Shown here: positions 56,365-64,000 of the stretch, in pieces | Position numbering within the stretch: the first letter of the stretch is position 1 | How the letters are laid out: every line of letters begins with the position of its first letter | NCBI GenBank assembly: GCA_963797095.1 | Contig: CAWCNY010000003.1 | Coordinates: 448,001 to 512,000 of the forward strand | DNA length: 64,000 nucleotides | From: an uncultured Chloroflexia bacterium | Lineage (GTDB): Bacteria; Chloroflexota; Chloroflexia; QHBQ01; JADMIH01 | Direction of reading: 5' to 3' | Program-made: the position numbers and the translations under genes | The notes under the pieces: generated by a model | What the model was told of the DNA's origin: nothing | Seen by the model: only the letters and a program-made list of their open reading frames with translations | The model's database searches: none

Positions 56365-57801
56365 ATGATGAAGATCGACACCAATAATGAAGCCGCCCTT
56401 CAAGCTGTAACCGAGCATTTACGCCAGTACGACACCCTGATCCTGGCAACCTCCGAGCGTGGACAGCCCTGGACGGCCGGCGTCTTCTTCGCCCACGAGG
56501 TCAGGCCCAACGGCAGGATTGTGCTCTATGCGACGATGATTCAAGGCTCCCGGAAGGTAGATACTTTGCGGAGAAATCCGAAGGTCGGGTTCTACGTCGG
56601 CCCGCGTGAGCCTTCCAAATGGCTGCAAGGATCGGGGCGCGCGGTCATAGCCCGCAACGCGGAGCTAATCGAGCAGGGCAAATCTATAGTGCGCGAGCAG
56701 GCTCCAGCTGCCGGGATGTTCATCGACCATGTGCCCGTTCATGTAGTGCGCATCTTCGTTGAACAGGCGCAGCTCACCGACCTGCCAGGGAGGTATAAAG
56801 CGGAACTTTACAACAGCGACTTGCCGAAGCCCGATGAAAGCCGCAAAGAGAAGGTAATACGCATCGTCAAGCGGCTGGACAGGGCGACCCGCGCGCAGGC
56901 GCTGCCTGTGATGGCGCTGCCTGTAGCGCTCGGAGCGGCGCTGTCGTGGCAAGACGGGTATCGCTTCCGCCCGGCAGCTTTCGCCTTAACCGCCATAGGA
57001 GCGGCAGCCGCCCACCTGGCGGCTAACGTGACCAACGACTATTTCGACTATGAGGAAGGCACCGACGAGCGAGCGTCAATCGAGCCTGGGGCGGTCGATA
57101 CGAGCAGCGGAATCCTGATAAGGGGGGACATGAGCCAGGGCGAGGTCAAGCGCCTGATGTGGGGTCTATGGGGCACGGCGCTCGGGTCGGGCGTGGCGCT
57201 GGCGGCGCTATCGGCCCCGGCGGTGCTTGCTCTGGGGGCGGCGGGGTTCGCGCTGGGCTATTTCTACGTGGCCCCTCCCGTCAAAGTCGGATACATAGGG
57301 CGTGGGTTGGGCGAGGTCGATGTGCTGTTATCGTTCGGGGTCCTGCCGGTGCTTGGTAGCTACTACGTGCAAAGCCGCAAGCTCTCGTGGAAGCCGGTCA
57401 TAAGCTCGCTGCCGCTCGGCCTGCTGACCACCGACGTGTTGTTCAACCATCACTTCCTGCACTCGCAGAGCGACCGCGCCTCCGGCAAGATGTCGCCGGT
57501 AGCCGTGCTGGGAGAGAGCGAGGCGGCCAAAGCATCCGCCGGGATAGCTAAGGCAGCCTTCGCTTCGATGGTGGTCGGAGTGCTGACGAAATCGCTCCCC
57601 TTGATGTCGCTGGCGGCGATCTCTGCGGCCCCTAAGCTACTAGGGGCAATTGACAAGGCAGGCAGGGAAAAGAACCTCCGCGCCTATGGCGAGCTAATGG
57701 CATCAACCATGGAGGCCACATCGAAAGCGGGCGGCGTGCTTGTGGGCGCTGCAATCCTATCGGGGGTGCTACGCAGGCTCACGCGCAAGAAAGGCGCATA
57801 A
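56365..57801 (+). CDS. PPOX-like domain fused to a MenA/UbiA-family prenyltransferase
   Basis: N-terminal LATS..GQP..SRK..LRRNPKV..WLQGSGRA; C-terminal NVTNDYFD, G.FYVAPP..GY.G.GE and TM helices. Confidence 0.8.
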   Translation: MMKIDTNNEAALQAVTEHLRQYDTLILATSERGQPWTAGVFFAHEVRPNGRIVLYATMIQGSRKVDTLRRNPKVGFYVGPREPSKWLQGSGRAVIARNAELIEQGKSIVREQAPAAGMFIDHVPVHVVRIFVEQAQLTDLPGRYKAELYNSDLPKPDESRKEKVIRIVKRLDRATRAQALPVMALPVALGAALSWQDGYRFRPAAFALTAIGAAAAHLAANVTNDYFDYEEGTDERASIEPGAVDTSSGILIRGDMSQGEVKRLMWGLWGTALGSGVALAALSAPAVLALGAAGFALGYFYVAPPVKVGYIGRGLGEVDVLLSFGVLPVLGSYYVQSRKLSWKPVISSLPLGLLTTDVLFNHHFLHSQSDRASGKMSPVAVLGESEAAKASAGIAKAAFASMVVGVLTKSLPLMSLAAISAAPKLLGAIDKAGREKNLRAYGELMASTMEATSKAGGVLVGAAILSGVLRRLTRKKGA

Positions 57802-57929
57802 GGATGGCCCCTGAAACGGGAAGCCATCCGGTGGAGAGGAACCGCTCTGGAGGGCCACCACTGGCTATTTTCGCAACGCGTGCGCGACCTCAGCCCCGAT
57901 GAATGGGGAGCGCAATTGGCGAGAAGCGA

Positions 57930-58511
57930 TCAGTAGATAAAAGGGATAAGACGCCACGTGCGGTGAGAGTAGGCCGGGTACTCCTGCGGGAAGGCGTCAG
58001 ATAGCATAGCTTCTTCTGTTTGTATGCGATAACGGTAGGCTCGTCCGAGGATGATGGTAGCAAGCGCGGCCACAATCCTGTTTGACGAGGCGATGCCTCC
58101 GCCAATTCCCAATAAGAGAACGCCAAGATAACCGGGGTGGCGAACCAGGCTATATGGGCCTACCGTAATAAGGTGCTGGCTCTCGTCGGTTCGGAGGGTG
58201 CGAGTGTAGTAGGCTCCCAGCACGCGGCTGGCCCACACGCGGATTGCCAGGCCAGCAAGCATCACGGCGACCCCACCCCACGCGGCCTTCTCATTGCGAG
58301 AGCGTCCCAGATGCACCCGGTTCAGGAAAGGCGCGGCCACTAGAGCTATGATCGTTGAGCCGAGGGCCGAGCCAACTACCCGCCTGCTTCCTTTGTCCTC
58401 CTGCCCGCCTTGCCAGGTCCTGGCGTTCTGGCCCTGCCGCAAAAGGCGCTCTACGGCAATGAAACAGCCGACAAGAGTATATGCAACGTGAATGGGACGC
58501 AGTTGAGACAT
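57930..58511 (-). CDS. Isoprenylcysteine carboxyl methyltransferase-family membrane protein
   Basis: LITVGPYSLVRHPGY, RIQTEE, RLIPFIY. Confidence 0.88.
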   Translation of the reverse strand: MSQLRPIHVAYTLVGCFIAVERLLRQGQNARTWQGGQEDKGSRRVVGSALGSTIIALVAAPFLNRVHLGRSRNEKAAWGGVAVMLAGLAIRVWASRVLGAYYTRTLRTDESQHLITVGPYSLVRHPGYLGVLLLGIGGGIASSNRIVAALATIILGRAYRYRIQTEEAMLSDAFPQEYPAYSHRTWRLIPFIY

Positions 58512-58543
58512 AGTGTAATGTGTATTCAGCGAGCAGGTTCAGT

Positions 58544-59191
58544 TTAGGCGTTGCTTTGCGCGTCCGCAGATACGAGGCCAACGCGCACGGCGTAGAGGGC
58601 GGCCTGGGTGCGGCTAGGCACGCTCAGTTTGCCCAGGATGTTGCTCACGTGGGTTTTGACAGTCTTTTCACTGAGGGTCAGGGCCTGGGCGATCTCTTTG
58701 TTGGAGTTGCCCTGGGCAAGCAAGCGCAAAACATCGGTCTCGCGCTCGCTGAGTGGTTCGGGGCTTTCGGGGGCGCGCACTTCGCGCATGAGGGTGGCGG
58801 CGGCCTGAGGAGAGAGTTGCACCTGCCCGGCGGCGGCGGCTTTGATAGCCCGGCATAGCTCGTCGGCCTCGGTGTCTTTGAGCAAATAGCCAATTGCGCC
58901 AGCGCGCACAGCACCTACCACCTTGGAATCTTCGAGGACGCTGGTGAGGGCGATCACTTCGGTGTCGGGCAGGTCGCGGCGTATGTGCCCGATGGCCGTG
59001 ATCCCGTCCATTTTGGGCATCAGTAGGTCCATCAGCACCACATCGGGGGTGAGCTCGTGGGCCATATGCACCGCTTCCTGGCCATCGGAGGCCTCACCTA
59101 TGATCTCGAAATCGGGATCGAGACCCAGGAAGGTGCGCAAGCCTTTGCGGACTACGCTGTGATCGTCAACTATCAGGACACGGATAGCCAT
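58544..59191 (-). CDS. NarL/LuxR-family response regulator
   Basis: VDDH, LMDLLMP; [22 protein letters not shown]. Confidence 0.95.
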   Translation of the reverse strand: MAIRVLIVDDHSVVRKGLRTFLGLDPDFEIIGEASDGQEAVHMAHELTPDVVLMDLLMPKMDGITAIGHIRRDLPDTEVIALTSVLEDSKVVGAVRAGAIGYLLKDTEADELCRAIKAAAAGQVQLSPQAAATLMREVRAPESPEPLSERETDVLRLLAQGNSNKEIAQALTLSEKTVKTHVSNILGKLSVPSRTQAALYAVRVGLVSADAQSNA

Positions 59192-59589
59192 GTGTGACCT
59201 TTATCTGGAATGCGGCCTGGCACCTGACCTGGAATTTCACTAACAGACGAGGAAAGACTGGGTACAAGCGAGAGGTCGCAATCGAATGCTGGCAGGCTTA
59301 TACACCCACACAGTATAAGGAGTAATCTGCCGAGGATCGTACCATATTGCGTGCCGGTGCGCAACCGGCGCTACATCTTTTGGAGTAGTGGAAGGCTAGG
59401 ACTTAAGTTGTGAGGGCCTTGATACGTCTGCCTGCTGTGCCTGGCACCGACTGTGGCTATACTCAATATAGATGGTACCGGCGGGTAATAGTGCCGGAGA
59501 CCATACTATTAGGCAAGAGGCATAAGGTGAGCGGACGAACTTGTGCTTGATCAGGAGTTGATATGGGCTCAGGAAATAGAAAGGCTGTA

Positions 59590-59991
59590 ATGATCACTAT
59601 GTTATTGGTGGACGATCAACCCGCAGTGTTGCAGGCTTTGCGTGAGTGCTTCGCGCTTGAGCCGGACCTGAAAATAGTGGGAGAAGCGGAAGACGGGGAG
59701 GCCGCGCTCGCCCTGGCACGTGACCTCCACCCCGATATTATGCTGACCGATATTGCGATGCCGAATATGGACGGCATCGCGGCTACCGAGGCAATACAGA
59801 GGCTTTCGCCAGACACGAAGGTTGTGATTTTGACAGTACACGACAACAAAGCAATGCGAGTGCAGGCGTTCGCCGCCGGCGCGGTGGCGTTCATAGCCAA
59901 GCATGAGCCTGCCGAGACGTTGCTGGATGCGATACACAAGGCGGTAGGCAGCATTGAGACAGACGAAGGGCGAAAGACGGAGGACGAGTGA
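59590..59991 (+). CDS. Receiver-only response regulator (NarL-like REC)
   Basis: LVDDQ, LTDIAMP, FIAK. Confidence 0.88.
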   Translation: MITMLLVDDQPAVLQALRECFALEPDLKIVGEAEDGEAALALARDLHPDIMLTDIAMPNMDGIAATEAIQRLSPDTKVVILTVHDNKAMRVQAFAAGAVAFIAKHEPAETLLDAIHKAVGSIETDEGRKTEDE

Positions 59992-60176
59992 GTATTGCGT
60001 ACTGCGTATTCCATAATCCTCCGACTACCGATTACCATCAATCAGGAACTTGGAACTTGGAACTTGGAACTACCGACTACCGACTACCTTCATCCCCCGA
60101 ATAGAGTAAAATAGAAGGACATTTCTATCGCGCTCTTGAGTGATCCTTTGCAGAGCGTGGCTGGAAGGATTTGTAT

Positions 60177-62972
60177 ATGTCCCGTGCTGTAGAGGGGCGA
60201 GCTAACTCCTCTGAAGAGGCATTTAGTCCCGCTGACGATAGCTACCGCCACTTGATAGACTCGCTTGGCGGTCTGATCTGGGAATTTGACGCACGAACAA
60301 TGCGATACACGTTCGTGAACAAGGGTGCGGAGCGATTGCTTGGCTACCCGGCCACGCGATGGATCGATGAGCCTGGGTTCTGGCTGGACCACGTCCACCC
60401 GGAGGACCGCGAGCGCGCAGTCAAGACACGCGCCGAGGCAATAAGGGATGGACGGTCGCACGATTCCGAGTACAGGATGATAGCGGCAGATGGCCGGGAT
60501 GTATGGCTCCGCGAGCTTGTGACGGTAGTGGTCAAAGACGGCGTGACGGTCAAACTGCGAGGGATGCAAGCCGAGAGATCACAGCGCATCCAGGCTCTTG
60601 AGACTCTGAGGGAGAAAGAAGAGCAGTATCATAGGGTGTTCGAGGCCACTACGGATGGCCTGGTAGTGAACGATTGGGATGGCAATGTGGTCGAGGTCAA
60701 CCCGGCCTTCCACAGGATGCACGGCTACACCCATGATGAGATGGTGGGGATTGACCCCAGGAAGTTCGTGCACCCCGACTACCACGAGCACTTGAGGAGC
60801 TTTTTCGAGACGGTCAAGGATGGGCATCAGTTCTACACGCGGGCTATGGACATCCGCAAGGATGGCACCGCTTTCCATATCGAGGTGTACGGGGTGCCGT
60901 TCCTCTACAACGGCAAACCGCATATACTCGGCATCCTGCGCGATATTACCGAGCAGGTAGAGGCTTACGAGCTGCTCAGGCTCGAAGAGGAGCAGTACCG
61001 CGCCGTGTGGGAGGCCACCACCGACGGCCTGGCAATCGCCGAGATGACGATGGGCACGATAGTGGAGGTCAACCCCGCGTTTGCCCGCATGCATGGCTAC
61101 ACCGTCGAGGAAATGGTGGGCATGCACCCGACGGCATTCGTGCATCCTGACGATTACGAGGTACAAGCAGAGTTTGTGGAGAAGGCCAGAAGGGGAGAGC
61201 GGGCCCACGCCGAGGGTAAGGACGTTCGCAAAGACGGCACGTCTTTTCCTATAGAAGTCTATGCGGCCCCGTTCATGTATAACGACCAGCTTCACATCCT
61301 CGCGATAATGCGAGATATTACTGAGCGATCACGGGCCGAAGAACAGCTAAGACTCAAAGAGGAGCAATACCGCTCGGTGTGGGAAGCTACGAGCGATGGC
61401 CTGGCTATCGCCGACCTGGACGCCAACGTGGTCGATGTGAACCCGGCATGGTGCAGGATGCACGGCTACACCCGCGAAGAGATGATGAAGTTGCACCCGG
61501 TCGATTATATCCACCCGGATAGCCTGCATCTGTTCGCCGATTATTATGATAAGGTGAGAGCCGGAGAGCGGTTCCAGACCGAGGCCGTGGATGTCCGTAA
61601 GGACGGCACACCCTTCAACGTGGAAGTGCACGAAGAGCCGATCATGTACAACGGCAAGCGCCACACTCTCACGATCCTGCGCGATATCACCGAGCGAGCG
61701 CAGGCGCGCGAGCTGTTGGAACAGCGTGTGGAAGAGCGTACGCGGGAGCTATCGACGCTGTTGGAGGTGTCGGCCAATGTAGCGTCTACATTGGAGTTGA
61801 AACCGCTTTTGAGCCGTATTCTCGAACAGCTGAAGGAAGTTGTGAGCTATAGCCGAGCCTCCATCACTGTGGGCGACAAACCTGAGGTGGCGTGGGACAA
61901 AGAGCGACTGGGTGAGGCCACGGTCACCAGCGTGAGCGCCTGGGGCGACCCAGATTTGCAGGAGCCTGTGCCCGATCACAAGCCTGCTTTCCTGGGAGAG
62001 GTAGACGAGGTTGGCACCAACCTGCAAGAGGGCAGGACGTACATAGTGCACGACGTTCACGAAGCCTCTGTACCTCTGCAACAAATGGTGCTACACACCC
62101 TGGAGAACAATGACCCGGCAACCATCGAGAGCCTGCTGAAGGAAGAACACTCGATCCTGTTCGTGCCGCTTGCTCAGAAAGGAATCACGATAGGCGGGAT
62201 GACGCTCCGGCACAAGAAGCCAGGATATTATACCGAGCGGCACGCCAGACTGGCTATGGGTATAGCGAGCCAGGCGGCTATCGCCATAGAGAACGGGCGG
62301 TTGCTGGTGCAGGCCCACGAGAAGGCCGCGCTTGAGGAACGGCAAAGGTTGGCCCGCGAGTTGCACGATTCGGTCACGCAATCGCTGTTCAGCATCAACC
62401 TGATCGCCCGCAGCGTAGAGGTGATGCTCCAGCGCGAAGGCACGCACTCGCCTGAGACCCTGGAGAAGATGTCGGATCTCAGGCAGCTAACGCAGGGGGC
62501 GCTGGCCGAGATGAGGGCGCTGATATTCGAGTTGCGGCCCGGCGCGCTGGAGGAAGAAGGGCTGCTGCAAGCTATCCGCAAGCACGCCGCAGCCGTGCAG
62601 GGCCGTGAGCAGTTGCAGGTGGAGGTGATAGCGGTCGAATCTCAGATCCCGCGCCTGAAACCTTCCGCCGAAGAAGCATTGTATAGAATAGCCCAGGAAT
62701 CGCTGCACAACATAGTCAAGCACGCCAAGGCAACCAGGGTCGAGGTCTGCCTGGTGGTAGTAAAAGATGAAAGCGATGGCGGATCGCTGGTATTGCGAGT
62801 GGCCGATGATGGGATCGGGTTCAATACGGGCGAGGTACCGTCTGGGCACATGGGCCTGGGCACAATGAGCCAGCGCGCCTCTGCCCTCGGCGGTACGTGC
62901 ACGATCGAAAGCACACCCGGCAAGGGCACCGTCGTTGTAGCGCGCATACCGCTCATGGAGTGGCAGGTATAG
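60177..62972 (+). CDS. Soluble 4xPAS-GAF-HisKA_3 sensor kinase
   Basis: Repeated VNPAF.RMHGYT..HPD..RKDGT; ERQRLARELHDSVTQ; QESLHNIVKHA; DDGIGF. Confidence 0.93.
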   Translation: MSRAVEGRANSSEEAFSPADDSYRHLIDSLGGLIWEFDARTMRYTFVNKGAERLLGYPATRWIDEPGFWLDHVHPEDRERAVKTRAEAIRDGRSHDSEYRMIAADGRDVWLRELVTVVVKDGVTVKLRGMQAERSQRIQALETLREKEEQYHRVFEATTDGLVVNDWDGNVVEVNPAFHRMHGYTHDEMVGIDPRKFVHPDYHEHLRSFFETVKDGHQFYTRAMDIRKDGTAFHIEVYGVPFLYNGKPHILGILRDITEQVEAYELLRLEEEQYRAVWEATTDGLAIAEMTMGTIVEVNPAFARMHGYTVEEMVGMHPTAFVHPDDYEVQAEFVEKARRGERAHAEGKDVRKDGTSFPIEVYAAPFMYNDQLHILAIMRDITERSRAEEQLRLKEEQYRSVWEATSDGLAIADLDANVVDVNPAWCRMHGYTREEMMKLHPVDYIHPDSLHLFADYYDKVRAGERFQTEAVDVRKDGTPFNVEVHEEPIMYNGKRHTLTILRDITERAQARELLEQRVEERTRELSTLLEVSANVASTLELKPLLSRILEQLKEVVSYSRASITVGDKPEVAWDKERLGEATVTSVSAWGDPDLQEPVPDHKPAFLGEVDEVGTNLQEGRTYIVHDVHEASVPLQQMVLHTLENNDPATIESLLKEEHSILFVPLAQKGITIGGMTLRHKKPGYYTERHARLAMGIASQAAIAIENGRLLVQAHEKAALEERQRLARELHDSVTQSLFSINLIARSVEVMLQREGTHSPETLEKMSDLRQLTQGALAEMRALIFELRPGALEEEGLLQAIRKHAAAVQGREQLQVEVIAVESQIPRLKPSAEEALYRIAQESLHNIVKHAKATRVEVCLVVVKDESDGGSLVLRVADDGIGFNTGEVPSGHMGLGTMSQRASALGGTCTIESTPGKGTVVVARIPLMEWQV

Positions 62973-63968
62973 GTGTTGATGGACGAAGGACGAAGGACGA
63001 ACGACGAAGGCTCTGATCCAGGCCAAAATCGTTCGATTTCGTCGCCTGTCGTTCGTCCTTCGTCTTTCGCCGTAATTCTCCGAATTGTCGGCAGCCTGCT
63101 TGTAATCGGCGCTTTTCTTTGGGCGCTGTGGGGCCAGGCAAGTGAGATCACTTCACATAGCTGGCAGATCGCCCCGATCTGGATCGTTGTAGCATTTGTC
63201 CTGGCGCTGGCACGCGGACCGCTGATCGTCTACCCCTGGTGGCGCATCGTGTATGCCTGGGGCTATGGCCTTGATTGGTGGAAGGGGGTGCGTGTCTACT
63301 TCCATTCGGGGCTGGCGCGCTACATCCCCGGCCAGTACTGGTTTGTATTAAGCAGGGCCTTACTCGCCGAGCGCGAAGGCGTGCCCAAGCGCGTGACCGC
63401 CGCCTCGACGCTTGTGGAAACGCTGCTGGTGACCGGGGCAGCGGCTGGGGTGGCGTTGGTCGGATTGCAGCAGGTGCCCGGCTGGTCTGAGGGGGTACAG
63501 ATCCTCCTCATGTTGGGGGCGATTGCCGCGCCCCTGTTGTTGGTGGCGCTGGTGGCCTCGCCACAGGCGGCGCGGGTGTGGGGCAGATTGGCCCGCCTGC
63601 TGAAGTACGAGTTGCCCCGCCCGCGCCTAGCATGGGAGGACGCGAGTTGGGCGGTGGTCACGTCCCACGGCAACTGGGCCTTGTACGGGATGGTGGCCGC
63701 CTTTGCGCTGGCAGGCGTGGGAGGAGATGCAGTCGTGTATCTGGCGCAGTTCCCGGCAGTGATAGGCTGCTTCTGTGCAAGCGTGCTGGGAGCGGCAGTG
63801 GTGTTGTTCGTTCCTCAAGGTATAGTGGTACGCGAAGGGGTGTTTGTCTTCCTGTTGAATGGCCTGTTAGGCGTTCCGGTCCCCGAAGCGGTGGTAGCCG
63901 CAGCCCTGACCCGCCTGATAGCAACCCTGGCCGAAGGAATATGGGCGCTAGTGGCATTACGGTTCTGA
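62973..63968 (+). CDS. Lysylphosphatidylglycerol-synthase TM/UPF0104 flippase-like protein (start uncertain)
   Basis: LARYIPG, PQGIVVRE, RLI; many TM segments; the N-terminus translates a heptamer repeat. Confidence 0.75.
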   Translation: MLMDEGRRTNDEGSDPGQNRSISSPVVRPSSFAVILRIVGSLLVIGAFLWALWGQASEITSHSWQIAPIWIVVAFVLALARGPLIVYPWWRIVYAWGYGLDWWKGVRVYFHSGLARYIPGQYWFVLSRALLAEREGVPKRVTAASTLVETLLVTGAAAGVALVGLQQVPGWSEGVQILLMLGAIAAPLLLVALVASPQAARVWGRLARLLKYELPRPRLAWEDASWAVVTSHGNWALYGMVAAFALAGVGGDAVVYLAQFPAVIGCFCASVLGAAVVLFVPQGIVVREGVFVFLLNGLLGVPVPEAVVAAALTRLIATLAEGIWALVALRF

Positions 63969-64000
63969 CAAAATGCCCTTCCTGGTACACGAAGATACGA

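Overview
High-GC bacterial chromosomal segment, most likely Chloroflexota (inferred from gene content and rRNA style, not from a search). In order it contains: the 3' end of copA fused to a His-motif domain, plus copZ; pncB; two WYL regulators; a polyphosphate locus (CYTH-CHAD, ppk1, ppx, sixA and a roughly 48% Asp/Glu protein); an unlinked 23S-5S rRNA unit with its own promoter; an accessory block of oxidoreductase, DUF2071, PPOX and SRPBCC genes; nth; a PadR/DUF1048/ABC cassette; GDP-sugar genes; a SAM-I riboswitch operon (mtnA-adoK-RR-ahcY-MBL-metK); a frameshifted ISAs1; a form II coxSLM-DE cluster; a PPOX-MenA-like fusion; and a multi-PAS two-component system. The most notable items are: (1) two near-identical 309-bp gene-less IS200/IS605 elements that keep both TnpA hairpins and a promoter and appear to encode a TnpB-type omega-RNA with different guides; (2) phased heptamer arrays throughout the window, one forming a hairpin intervening sequence in 23S helix 45; (3) an extra helix in 23S H42 and a stem of about 230 nt enclosing the 23S; (4) a prenyltransferase fusion whose second Asp-rich motif is His-substituted. 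All calls were made by eye from motifs; no database search or folding program was run.
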